Of a DNA stretch of 64,000 nt, positions 1 through 9,384 are shown in pieces. Origin of the DNA: an uncultured Collinsella sp. (lineage in GTDB: Bacteria > Actinomycetota > Coriobacteriia > Coriobacteriales > Coriobacteriaceae). Position 1 is the first letter of the stretch. Every line of letters begins with the position of its first letter. A program made the translations under genes and the position numbers. Below the pieces are notes generated by a model that made no database searches, had not been told where the DNA came from, and saw nothing but the letters and a program-made list of their open reading frames with translations. The stretch covers positions 38,672-102,671 of the forward strand of contig CATYVH010000004.1 of assembly GCA_958413765.1 (NCBI GenBank), written 5' to 3'.

Positions 1-7
1 GTTTTCC

Positions 8-96
8 AAGTGCCGCAGATTGCCGTGAAAGAGGAGCGAGGCGTACTTTGGTACGCGAGCGACGGTTTGAACGGCAAGGTGCGGTGCCTGGGAAAG
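8..96. repeat. Conserved structured intergenic element, copy A (3-stem motif; second copy at 59540-59631)
   Basis: About 85% identity to 59540-59631. The hairpin GCGTAC-TTTG-GTACGC is conserved. Outer stems show compensatory changes (CCGCA/TGCGG here vs CCGGA/TCCGG in copy B; TTGCCGT/ACGGCAA vs TTGCCCC/GGGGCAA). On the minus strand it begins 5 nt after the guaB stop. Confidence 0.6.
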
Positions 97-100
97 CCGC

Positions 101-1612
101 TTATCGATAAGATACGGACTGCTGGGAGTCCTTAACCACAACGTCGTGGGCGCCGCCTTCGACGATGGAGGTGGAGCTGACCAGGGTCAGGCGTGCCTTT
201 TCCTGGAGCTCGGGGATCGAGAGGGCGCCGCAGTTGCACATCGTGGACTTGACCTTGTAGAGCGTGCCGCCCACGCCGTCCTTGAGGGAACCGGCATAGG
301 GAACGTAGGAGTCAACGCCCTCGACGAAGCTGAGCTTCGCCGCGCCGCCCAGGTCGTAGCGCTGCCAGTTGCGAGCACGCGCAGAACCCTCGCCCCAGTA
401 CTCCTTCATGTACTGGCCGTTGACGTTGACGCGCTCGGTCGGGCTCTCATCGAAGCGGGCGAAGTAGCGACCCAGCATCATAAAGTCGGCACCCATAGCA
501 AGGGCGAGCGTCATGTGGTAGTCGTATACGATACCGCCGTCGGAGCACACGGGCACGTAAACACCGGTCTCCTCGTAGTACTCGTCACGGGCGCGGCAGA
601 CGTCGATCAGCGCGGTGGCCTGGCCACGACCGATACCCTTGGTCTCGCGAGTGATGCAGATGGAACCGCCGCCGATACCGACCTTGATGAAGTCGGCACC
701 GCAGTCGGCCAAGAAGCGGAAGCCCTCGGCGTCGACGACGTTACCGGCACCGACCTTGACGTCCTCGCCGTAGTTGGCGCGAATCCACTCGATGGTGCGC
801 TTCTGCCACTCACTGAAGCCCTCGGAGGAGTCGATGCACAGGACATCGGCGCCAGCCTCGATGAGCAGCGGCACGCGCTCGGCATAGTCGCGGGTGTTGA
901 TACCGGCGCCGACCATATAGCGCTTGTCGTTATCGAGCAGCTCGTTGGGGTTGGTCTTGTGGCTGTCGTAGTCCTTGCGGAAGACGATGCCCATAAGGTG
1001 ATCGTTGTCGTCGACGATAGGCAGAGCGTTGAGCTTGTTGTCCCAGATGACGTCGTTGGCAACCTTGAGGCTGATGTTCTTGTCGCCCACGATAAGCTGC
1101 TCACGCGGGGTCATGAACTCGGAGACCTTCTTCTGGTGGTCATCGCGGCTGGGGCGATAGTCACGGCTGGTGACGATGCCCAGGAGCTTGCCCTTGGGAG
1201 TGCCATCGTCGGTGACCGGCATGGTGGAGTGGCCGGTCTTCTCCTTGAGCTCGATGACCTGCTCCATGGTCATGTCGGGGGTCAGCGTGGAATCGGACTG
1301 AACGAAACCAGCCTTGTGATCCTTAACGGCCTTAACCATAGCAGCCTCGGACTCAGGGGTCTGAGAACCGTAAATGAAGGACAGGCCACCCTCGGTAGCG
1401 AGCGCGACACCCATGTCGACGCCCGAGACGGACTGCATGATGGCGGAAACCATGGGGATGTTCAGGGTGATTGCCGGCTTCTCACCGCGCTTAAAGCGGG
1501 TTAGCGGCGTCTTAAGAGAGACGTTGTTGGGGATGCACTGCGAGGACGAGTAGCCAGGGACCAGCAGATACTCCGAAAACGTGTGGGACTCACCGGGAAA
1601 GAACGTAGCCAT
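101..1612 (-). CDS. guaB: IMP dehydrogenase
   Basis: 503 aa. N-terminus [23 protein letters not shown]. Internal CBS pair. [12 protein letters not shown] catalytic loop. Full-length IMPDH architecture. Confidence 0.9.
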   Translation of the reverse strand: MATFFPGESHTFSEYLLVPGYSSSQCIPNNVSLKTPLTRFKRGEKPAITLNIPMVSAIMQSVSGVDMGVALATEGGLSFIYGSQTPESEAAMVKAVKDHKAGFVQSDSTLTPDMTMEQVIELKEKTGHSTMPVTDDGTPKGKLLGIVTSRDYRPSRDDHQKKVSEFMTPREQLIVGDKNISLKVANDVIWDNKLNALPIVDDNDHLMGIVFRKDYDSHKTNPNELLDNDKRYMVGAGINTRDYAERVPLLIEAGADVLCIDSSEGFSEWQKRTIEWIRANYGEDVKVGAGNVVDAEGFRFLADCGADFIKVGIGGGSICITRETKGIGRGQATALIDVCRARDEYYEETGVYVPVCSDGGIVYDYHMTLALAMGADFMMLGRYFARFDESPTERVNVNGQYMKEYWGEGSARARNWQRYDLGGAAKLSFVEGVDSYVPYAGSLKDGVGGTLYKVKSTMCNCGALSIPELQEKARLTLVSSTSIVEGGAHDVVVKDSQQSVSYR

Positions 1613-1796
1613 GTTTCTCCTTTTTCCATGCGACCGGTCGGCTGCAGGCCTCGTAGGACCCAGCCCAACCTTGGGCGCCCAATACTGGGGAAGTATCTTA
1701 ACGCACTTTGACTGCTACAATGCATGATTTAAGAAGAGCACACGAGGGTTTGACGCAGGCTTTGCGTTTACCCAGCAAACACTTTAGTGGGGAGAC

Positions 1797-2153
1797 GTGG
1801 AGCACATGGAGTACAAGACGACGGCAAAGCTGGTCATTCAAGCGTGCGACAAAGACCTGCCGGGCGTGTTCGGCCATGGCTGTGTCTTGCTGCTGCAGGG
1901 CATCGCCCGCGAGCACTCGCTCAACCGCGCCGCCAAGAGCATGGGCATGGCGTATTCCAAAGCCTGGCGCATTGTGAACGAGGCGGAAGGACAGCTGGGC
2001 TGCAAGCTCATCGAGCGCGACGGCGCCCGCGGATCATCGCTCACCCCCGCCGGCGAGCGAGCCATAGCGGTCTACGAGGAGCTGCAGGCCGACATCAACC
2101 AAGTAATTGCCGCAAAGGCCAACGACCTCATCGCCAGCATCAATGCAGAGTAG
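1797..2153 (+). CDS. ModE-N-terminal-like winged-HTH regulator (molybdenum-pterin-binding-type HTH)
   Basis: 118 aa. Pattern GIAREHSLNRAAKSMGMAYSKAWRIV...GSSLTPAGE resembles the ModE N-terminal HTH domain. GTG start at 1797 or ATG at 1806. Confidence 0.55.
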   Translation: MEHMEYKTTAKLVIQACDKDLPGVFGHGCVLLLQGIAREHSLNRAAKSMGMAYSKAWRIVNEAEGQLGCKLIERDGARGSSLTPAGERAIAVYEELQADINQVIAAKANDLIASINAE

Positions 2154-2203
2154 TCCTTTTAGGCCGTTTTTAGCCCACAGCGCCCTCGGGTCGAGGCTCG
2201 CGC

Positions 2204-2361
2204 CACAAAACGGGCCCATCTACTACGTTTAGTTGAATACCCACGACCATACCGGACATTATGAAAATAAAACCGCTGGTAAACAGCTTGGTAATTTTCA
2301 AAATAGGCGGGTGCGGTCGACCCCTATTGCTTAAACGTAGTAAATAGGCCGTTTTCGTGAC
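2204..2361. mobile_element. 158-bp MITE-like element with roughly 25-bp terminal inverted repeats (copy 1)
   Basis: Left end cacaaaacgggcccatctactacgtttag. Right end cttaaacgtagtaaataggccgttttcgtg (reverse complement of the left). A homologous inverted copy of identical length lies at 34789-34946. Both sit between convergent genes. Confidence 0.6.
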
Positions 2362-2376
2362 ACAGACCCCGATTAG

Positions 2377-3402
2377 CTACTTGCGAAGGGCGTTATCGAG
2401 AGTGGCAGCCACCTGCAGAGGGTCGTCGGTGCCGGCGAAGAGGCGGATGGCGCCCCCCTGCTTACCACGCGGGGCCGAAAGGCGCGTTGTTGAGCCGCCG
2501 GCGGGCGACGTGCGGAACTCCCCCGGCAATGTGTCGAACAGCTCACCCGCACTTCGCTCGATAAGGTCAAACTCAACTGCCGGGCCAAAGCCGTGCTCGA
2601 GGATTCCCGTTGCAACCGCATGGTCGGGATGCGAGCTCAGTCCGGGATAGCGCACGGCGTGCACCATCTCATTGGCAGCCAAGTACTCGGCCAGCGCACG
2701 TGCGCGGTCGAAATGTGCCTGCATGCGGGCATCGAGCGAGTCCAGCCCGCACTCCAGCACACCGGCCTCATCAGCAGGCAAATCAAGTTTGACCAAGCCA
2801 CAGCCCTTAAGCAGAGCATGCGCGCACTCGGCAGCGGCATCCACGCGATGGCGCTTGAGCTGCGAGCGCGCGACCGATACGGCAACCAACTTGTGCGGAG
2901 CATCGCCCGCGCATACGCGATCAAGTGCCTCGAGCGACAGCACGGCACCCAAGCGCAACGGATCGCACCCAAAGACACCAGCCACGGTGTTATCCACCAC
3001 GAGCAGCGCATGAGCCTCACGCGCGGCGCGTCCTAGCGCGCGCAGATCGGGCACGCGCAATCCAAACCCGCCAATAGAGTTGACGAACCACCACAGGTGC
3101 GGTCCCTCGGCATCAAACGAAGCATCAAAGCCCTCGGACGCGGCATTAAACGCCGCAACCGACGGCTCCCCCACCATAGCCACGCCGCATCCATCAAAGC
3201 TGCGCGCAAACGCATCGGCAAAGTCATCGGCAAACGCAACCAGGCGATCGCCGGAACGTACAATCCCCAACAGAGACAGCGCCGCCGGCACATGCGGCGC
3301 TGCAGCAAGACGCGCCTCACGCGCGCCGGCCCTTGCAGCCCAGGCCTCTTCTAGCTGCTGTACGTCCACGCGGCACCGTCCCTTCATAAGCAAAAAACCC
3401 AC
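2377..3402 (-). CDS. Cys/Met-metabolism PLP-dependent enzyme homolog (cystathionine gamma-synthase/lyase family), N-terminally short and lacking the Schiff-base lysine. Possible pseudo-enzyme or pseudogene.
   Basis: LLVVDNTVAGVFGCDPLRLGA matches the family LLVVDNTFA..P..LGA block. C-terminal GGSTTRLS..IRLFAGTDDP matches HPASTTH...IRLSVGIED. The position of the SATKY lysine reads VLSLEALD (no Lys). About 100 aa shorter at the N-terminus than typical members. Confidence 0.5.
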   Translation of the reverse strand: MGFLLMKGRCRVDVQQLEEAWAARAGAREARLAAAPHVPAALSLLGIVRSGDRLVAFADDFADAFARSFDGCGVAMVGEPSVAAFNAASEGFDASFDAEGPHLWWFVNSIGGFGLRVPDLRALGRAAREAHALLVVDNTVAGVFGCDPLRLGAVLSLEALDRVCAGDAPHKLVAVSVARSQLKRHRVDAAAECAHALLKGCGLVKLDLPADEAGVLECGLDSLDARMQAHFDRARALAEYLAANEMVHAVRYPGLSSHPDHAVATGILEHGFGPAVEFDLIERSAGELFDTLPGEFRTSPAGGSTTRLSAPRGKQGGAIRLFAGTDDPLQVAATLDNALRK

Positions 3403-3516
3403 GATGCGGGTGTTCCCCGCATCGTGGGCAACGGCTGCAGTATAGCGCCGATAGGCGACGAAACGCCTAGATGCTGAGCGTGTGATAGGTCACGCTCGCA
3501 CCCGGAGCGTCAACGG

Positions 3517-4248
3517 TCACGCCATAGGCCTCGGGTGGCCAAAAGCGTCTGCAACGTCGAGCATCTCAAAGTTGGCATCCCAGCTGTCAAAGATACGATG
3601 CACCAACACCGCGAGTTCCTCGGCACACAGCAGGGGAAACGGCGCATCTGCCGCACCCTGAAGCGCGACCGACCCGCCCGAGCATGCCTCGAACAACGGC
3701 ATCAAAAATGGGTCGGTTAATGCCGGCGATGCGGTATACAGATACGGCACGCGCAGGACTTTGGCTTGGATGCCGTCGCGCGATGCATAGTAACGGCACA
3801 GGTCGTTGGCAGCGCGGGCGATAATGCCCTTGCCCGTCTGGGCCCCACTGGCGGCCGTGGCGTCGTCGTCACATCCGCCAGTGGTGCCCTCTGCACCCGC
3901 GGGCCCCGCAATAAACAGCAGCTGCACATTGCGTCCCATACAGGCACGAAACACCGAGCGCAGCAGCCCAATGTCGCCAAAAGTCACGGTATGCGGGGTG
4001 AGGTAGGTAGAAAGGTAGACCACGCGCTCAAACTCGTAGGCCTGGTCCAGGTGCTGGAGGAGCTCTTTCCACGAAGCATGGGGCGACGACTCATCGCGGC
4101 GCGCGTCCTGCGCGGCTACGACCTACACATGGTCGCCGGGGAACGCCTTGGAGCAAAAGTCATCGTTAACATATGCGGTGTTGCCAACAACCAGCACTTC
4201 CACGGCGTTCCCCCTCCCCAAAAATCTACTTTTGCCATAGTCAAACAT
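3517..4248 (-). pseudogene. RmlD-like / NAD-dependent epimerase-dehydratase family gene disrupted by an in-frame TAG (4123-4125) and with a degenerate glycine-rich motif
   Basis: Translating the minus strand from ATG 4248 gives MFDYGKSRFLGRGNAVEVLVVGNTAYVNDDFCSKAFPGDHV-stop-VVAAQD...VVYLSTYLTPHTVTFGDI (compare RmlD WVIHYSTDYVFPG) ...IIARAANDLCRYYASRDGIQAKVLRVPYLYTASP. GNTAYVN replaces GxxGxxG. Confidence 0.5.
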
Positions 4249-4358
4249 GCGTATTGTACGCTGTAAAAGCGAGCCAAGGCGCCTTTAAGGCTGTTTTAAG
4301 AACTTTTTAGAGGATGTGAGAGTGGCAACTCATTCGACTTAGATTCATCGAGGAAATG

Positions 4359-4769
4359 CTATTCACCCTGAAAAGGCACATCGCAATCTACTGACAGCTC
4401 TGCAGGAAGAATGGCAGGCGATGCACATTGCTCTCGCACAGAATCATCAGATGAAAGAAACGGCAACTCTTTGGAATGGCTGGCGATAACCTGCGGAACG
4501 ATTTTGATACCCAAAGCAAGCTCGAACCTAGCGATCGTCTTCAGCGTCATATTGGGCTGAGAATTCAACAGCTTCGAAAGCGACTGAAGGCTCACGCCCA
4601 TACGCTTTGCCAAATCGCTTTTGCTTAAACCCAGACGCTTCATCTCGCGATGAACAATAAACTCGATATCTAGCGCGTGTTCATAAGCGCGTGTTTCGCT
4701 GGTTTCTGTATCGGCGTAAAAATCAGATAAATCTACTTTATTCATTGTGTTCTCCGTTTCGAAAGCCAA
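4359..4769 (-). CDS. XRE-family helix-turn-helix transcriptional regulator (candidate antitoxin)
   Basis: HTH_XRE core LGLSKSDLAKRMGVSLQSLSKLLNSQPNMTLKTIARFELALGI. First gene inside the AT-rich island. 16-nt gap to the upstream small ORF. Confidence 0.7.
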   Translation of the reverse strand: MAFETENTMNKVDLSDFYADTETSETRAYEHALDIEFIVHREMKRLGLSKSDLAKRMGVSLQSLSKLLNSQPNMTLKTIARFELALGIKIVPQVIASHSKELPFLSSDDSVREQCASPAILPAELSVDCDVPFQGE

Positions 4770-4785
4770 GTATAAAAGTCAAGGC

Positions 4786-5127
4786 TCAGATTCCAGAAGT
4801 TGACGTGCTATTCTGGCCGATCATTGTTCGAGCGGTTAATTTCCGCTTAGGGTCTGACAACATTTTCTGGAATTGAGAGTTGTCGGGAGAAGCCGTCAAT
4901 TCCCAAAACGGTCGACCCTTGAGGTCTCTATATTCGACAAGATCATATCCTTCTGCCAAAGGGCACCTCCCATTTCTAGATGAACTTAACTTATAGGTTA
5001 AGTTCATCCATTTAAATACATATAACGAGGTCCAGACAAGATTCCTCTGCCCCAATCGATAAACAAACCAGTCGAGCTTATGCAAAATCCGGAAGTGTGC
5101 GGCATATTCTAGACACGTCAACCACAC
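4786..5127 (-). CDS. Small ORF, possible HigB/RelE-like toxin partner of the XRE regulator
   Basis: 113 aa immediately upstream of the XRE gene on the same strand (toxin-first higBA-like order). Weak resemblance at the C-terminus (GYDLVEYRDLKG vs killer-protein ...VDYEDYH). Low sequence support. Confidence 0.3.
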   Translation of the reverse strand: MWLTCLEYAAHFRILHKLDWFVYRLGQRNLVWTSLYVFKWMNLTYKLSSSRNGRCPLAEGYDLVEYRDLKGRPFWELTASPDNSQFQKMLSDPKRKLTARTMIGQNSTSTSGI

Positions 5128-5446
5128 TGGATAGTGGCAACGCTTCTACCTGCGGGTTCTTTTCATGAAAAGGACGATGTGCTCGAGGGTTCCAAAATTT
5201 GCCGCATGCTTCCGTCGGGCGTTTCCGGAAGTGCGGTGAAAAACCGAGATCGACAGACCAGACCCCTGTTTTAGCCTTCCGCGACCTGCGGTTTTGTTGC
5301 CGAAATTCGGTTTATGCTCGGAGGTTTCCGATTTTTCCCCGCACTTCCGAAAAGCACCCTTAAACCGCGCGTCCCGAAGCGGAAAACCGCCGGATATTTG
5401 TTCTCCCCAAATGAGATCCTTGTTTTGCCTGGCCGAATCTTACATC

Positions 5447-5487
5447 CAAACAAAAAAAGAGGACCGACGCATCAACCCTCTTCAGGT
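5447..5487 (-). terminator. Rho-independent terminator (minus-strand orientation)
   Basis: Minus-strand reading: AAGAGGGTTGATGCGTCGGTCCTCTT followed by TTTTTTTGTTTGG. Confidence 0.5.
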
Positions 5488-5871
5488 GTCGCCCGAAGGC
5501 TTCCAGCGCAATTGATTTAATTCTAATCGATATCACTTGTTTGACCACGATCACGTCAACCAGTAGAAGCCGCCCATGCTCGATCATTCCATTGCCGGGA
5601 TGGTGCTTGGCTAGTACGTCACACATTGCATACATGAAAAAAGGGCAACACTCTCAATTTGAAAGCGTCACCCTTAACGCTCCCAAAGAGCTTTTGTATT
5701 GCAGGAAGATACTCTACACTATCTTCCCTTGATTGGCGGGTCGAAACAGACACCATTGTGATTTCAAGCAGAAAGCGTTATATTAAGTATGCATTTGCAC
5801 GTGGTGTTCGCACTATACGCTCAGATGCCATAGTTTACAAAGATGGCCTTCTTCATAGACGCTAGGTGGGA

Positions 5872-7467
5872 TTACTCACTAGTAGCCGATATGTCGAAGG
5901 CCTTCTTGTACTTAAGGAAATCATACATTCTAATAAGCCGTTTCAGCTCGCTATTACCGTGGATTATCTTGCGATCGTCCGTGATGAGCGCCCTCAGATA
6001 TTCAAGCAACTTATTTAGATCGATCTCATCTTCTTCAAGTAGCACAAGCTTTTTAAATGCTTCCTCAAAGCCTTCGTTAGCTATAACAGACTGAACCGAG
6101 TGTCTAATTCCCGAATGATGATAGCTACCTTTTGCCTTTCGTAGGCTGTTGTTTAGAAAAGCATCTAAATCCTTCTTCTCATCTATTTCCTTTAGCATCC
6201 TTGGATTAAGAACTTCCCCTGAATACGCGCTTAAATACTTATACATGGGCAAACCACCCGAGTTAGAAGCAAGCAGCGAAGGAAGGTATTCCTCGACGGC
6301 AAGCTTAGGAGCAACATGTTCGTCATCAAACACAACATCACGATATAGAAGTTCGGCTTTGACCATATGCCCGTGCCCTAAAGAAGCATTCGCAACACCG
6401 ATACCCAGCACAAGATGCTGTCCCTCCGGAAGTCTCTCGAGGTCGCTAAAACTCGCTTCAACTACCAGAGAGTCATTCGGATCGCCCTCATCAGCCAAGG
6501 CGTAGATGCTCCTGCGAAGCTCACGAATGATCCTGGGCGAGAAGGAGCATTTGGATTGTCCAATTGCTTCATACACTGCACCAAAATCGTTCGTCCTAAT
6601 CTCGGTCATGCTTGTCTCGCCAATACCTGGAAAGGTAAACGAATGAGTTGAGGTTGCGTTTTCTCCCCTAGTAAGGAAGATAAAGCGCTTTCTAAGCAAC
6701 GCAAGATTGTTAGAACCGAGGCAGCGCGAAATCGACATGAGGATAGCTTGGATATCGGGGTCGTTAAGGGAATAACCGATAAAAATAATTGGGTATTCCA
6801 TAAAAATAGTTAACAACTTGGCAGCCAAGTAATCCTGTGTTTCGGCGAGTTTTGCGTAATCTGCCTCCTCAAGAACCATAGATTCAGGATTATCCATAGA
6901 ACCGTGGATCTTATAGATTTCACCCATTTCAAAAGTTCTGTGAAAGACGAGATCGTCTTGGCCAACAAAAACTTTAAACTCGGGAAATAGCGACTCCAGG
7001 AGACAGTCATAGTTGGTTGTTATAACTCCAGAGATACGCCGCCTGCCAACCTCTCTCAAGATATCAAGCTCATGCGTCATATATTCAGGTTTGAACGAGG
7101 ATAACCTCTCGGCCGCCATGATCTTTAAAATAGATTTACGCTGACGAATGTCCTCTACATGATCGTTTCTAAAAGAAGCGAAGCGAGGGTCCTCAAGAAC
7201 AGCTATGCGCATATCCTTATCAAGCATCGTCGCGGCAGAGGGCAATGCGCTATTGTCAGACTCATCTGGACAACGTGCCAGGTACGAGTCAAGCCGAAAG
7301 GGATCATCGGAAAGACGGGAACAGAGGTGCCTTAACAAACCAACCCAATCGTCGGTACCCATGTATCTACGGGAAAAGCCCGAGCCGACGAATAAATATG
7401 GGCTACGCCCCACCCCATTTATCAAACGTACAACGCTTTCTACACTGTCATCTCTTCCGACTTCCAT
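5872..7467 (-). CDS. SIR2-like (SIR2_2 / defense-associated sirtuin) domain protein with an about 230-aa uncharacterised C-terminal domain
   Basis: 531 aa. LFVGSGFSRRYMG, VITTNYDCLLE, IYKIHGSMDNP (HGS catalytic His) and IFIGYSLNDPDIQ are hallmarks of the SIR2_2 family found in ThsA, DSR and other NADase defense effectors. Lies in the AT-rich island. Confidence 0.8.
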   Translation of the reverse strand: MEVGRDDSVESVVRLINGVGRSPYLFVGSGFSRRYMGTDDWVGLLRHLCSRLSDDPFRLDSYLARCPDESDNSALPSAATMLDKDMRIAVLEDPRFASFRNDHVEDIRQRKSILKIMAAERLSSFKPEYMTHELDILREVGRRRISGVITTNYDCLLESLFPEFKVFVGQDDLVFHRTFEMGEIYKIHGSMDNPESMVLEEADYAKLAETQDYLAAKLLTIFMEYPIIFIGYSLNDPDIQAILMSISRCLGSNNLALLRKRFIFLTRGENATSTHSFTFPGIGETSMTEIRTNDFGAVYEAIGQSKCSFSPRIIRELRRSIYALADEGDPNDSLVVEASFSDLERLPEGQHLVLGIGVANASLGHGHMVKAELLYRDVVFDDEHVAPKLAVEEYLPSLLASNSGGLPMYKYLSAYSGEVLNPRMLKEIDEKKDLDAFLNNSLRKAKGSYHHSGIRHSVQSVIANEGFEEAFKKLVLLEEDEIDLNKLLEYLRALITDDRKIIHGNSELKRLIRMYDFLKYKKAFDISATSE

Positions 7468-7974
7468 CTAGCGCCTCCAAACAAGCTACTTCCATAAGTA
7501 TAGAACATATGTTTGGGTTTTACTAGAATTGCAAGACTTCATCGGAGACAAAGCTGCTCGACAATTGAAAATTCGAACCGCACAGGTGACCCAATATTCA
7601 GCAGTGTTCCGACGAGCAAATATTCATTTCGCGCCTCAGGCAATCTAGCGCAGCGGCATCAGTTAGAACGCCATGACTCTCTAGGAGTTCGATAAGTTGA
7701 GCGAAAGTCTAAAATTCCATCGCCAAAGTAACTCCTAAAATCAAAGGGCCGTTGCCGATAACAACCAAACAACGACCCTCCTTTGTCATCGCCTCACGTA
7801 GAGCCCACGACAACTGCATCACTAACTGGATGTTAACCTAGATGCACAGTAATTGCGCATCCAAAAAAGTTAATCATGTAGCAAATACTCTTCGCGTTGA
7901 AACTAATGCGAAGCATTTTCGCGTCCGTGCACGAGAATGCGCAATCAATATGCGGAAAGGCAAAGATGATTCAC

Positions 7975-9384
7975 CTAGCTAACAACCATCCAGTCACTAC
8001 CGACAGTACTCGAAATCTTCGAGGAATCGCCGATGCACACGATGGTCGCCGAAGCGCCGGGCACATACTTGGCCTCAAGAACGGAAACACCTTGCTCCTT
8101 AAGCCTTAAGGTCGTCTCGGTTATCTGGGTTTTATTCACATCATTTTTGCTGACCAGTTTAACGCCATTGCCATCATTTTCATTCAGGCAGGATACAACC
8201 GTATTGTAATCGGCCCAATAACAGTACTCCCCAGAAAGCCATCCAAGCTCAGTGGCGCATATCGATCCAGTCGCAGAAACCGTCTTTGGAAGCAATCCGT
8301 AGCGCTGCCTTTCCTCAAATTCAAGAACATCGCAAAATACGCGATTAGCATTAAGTAATCTCGTTCCACAATAGTCCCCGTAAAACGGCGCAAAATGATT
8401 GCGGATAGTCCGCGACAACATACAGTAATCGTAGGTGTAGTAACACTTGAAGATTCGTAGGGCGTCTCCCCCTGCCCCTTCGGCAGAACGGGCGAATTCA
8501 ACAAGAAACTGGTCCCACATGCGCTCAATATAGGGAATTGCGAGTTTAACGCTATCCATATCAGACAAAGGAGCATCGCTCGTCTGCTGCATTATTCCAG
8601 TGGTTTTTGCCAAATGGAAATGAGCTGCCATGCGCTCGATCGTTCGGATAAACTCGGGCCGATTCCCGTCCTCAATCGCCATAATTGCAAAGAAAACACT
8701 TCTCAACAGAAGATCACTTGAAAATCGCTGAGGTAAGAGATCGCCATATTCGCGCTCGTATGAGAAGAGCCTGGCCTCACCCGTATCGATTGAAGAGTAA
8801 CCAAATACGGAGTCCGAAGGAACGACATATGATGGAGCGGCATTTGAGTACACACGGCTAAACTTAATTTGATAACGCTTAAAAAAGGTTGAAATCCAAA
8901 AGGTCACAACACCAAATAATGCCAGCTCAAACTCAAAGGCAATACTCGAAGTATCAAGCACATCTAGCCCCTGGCCTCCGAGATAGCCATCGATAACAAA
9001 GTGATCGAATGCGACGGACAGCAAAAGAGACATGAACGCCTCGAATGAGAAAGGAAGAGTCCGGTACCGCAATTTACCCCTTGCATGCTTGATTACCCCA
9101 AGAAACAACCAATAGAAAAGGGTAGGCATGTATCGCAGCGAAGGACCTGGAACTGAAAACGCATCGCAAATCGCAGCCATAATAAACACCGGGAGCTGGC
9201 AACAAATTGTTGGAGCGAGAATTCGGTAGGCAACGTTCAGCCTGCCCGACTCATCGGAGGGATACAGTTCTTCGACGGTGTATTGCCCTCCGATCGCCAA
9301 GGGCCCAGCAAAGCGGACAAGCTGAACGCTCGACAAACCGATAAAGACATAAAAGACAATCCAATGAATAGTGACCGATTCCAC
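7975..9384 (-). CDS. Membrane protein (about 5 N-terminal TM helices plus an about 290-aa soluble domain), unknown function
   Basis: 469 aa. Hydrophobic segments IHWIVFYVFIGLSSVQLV, VFIMAAICDAF, LFYWLFLGVI, FMSLLLSVAF and ALFGVVTFWISTFF. No recognisable catalytic motif. Island gene upstream of SIR2 on the same strand. Confidence 0.65.
   Translation of the reverse strand: MESVTIHWIVFYVFIGLSSVQLVRFAGPLAIGGQYTVEELYPSDESGRLNVAYRILAPTICCQLPVFIMAAICDAFSVPGPSLRYMPTLFYWLFLGVIKHARGKLRYRTLPFSFEAFMSLLLSVAFDHFVIDGYLGGQGLDVLDTSSIAFEFELALFGVVTFWISTFFKRYQIKFSRVYSNAAPSYVVPSDSVFGYSSIDTGEARLFSYEREYGDLLPQRFSSDLLLRSVFFAIMAIEDGNRPEFIRTIERMAAHFHLAKTTGIMQQTSDAPLSDMDSVKLAIPYIERMWDQFLVEFARSAEGAGGDALRIFKCYYTYDYCMLSRTIRNHFAPFYGDYCGTRLLNANRVFCDVLEFEERQRYGLLPKTVSATGSICATELGWLSGEYCYWADYNTVVSCLNENDGNGVKLVSKNDVNKTQITETTLRLKEQGVSVLEAKYVPGASATIVCIGDSSKISSTVGSDWMVVS

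Noticed and set aside
4123-4125. In-frame TAG read as pyrrolysine
   Set aside because: No pyl genes in the window. The flanking protein also has a degenerate cofactor motif. A pseudogene or sequencing error is more parsimonious.
5225-5349. 12-bp inverted repeat (CCGGAAGTGCGG / CCGCACTTCCGA) as an att site or island boundary
   Set aside because: Short and imperfect, not at the actual GC transition, and no integrase gene or tRNA nearby.
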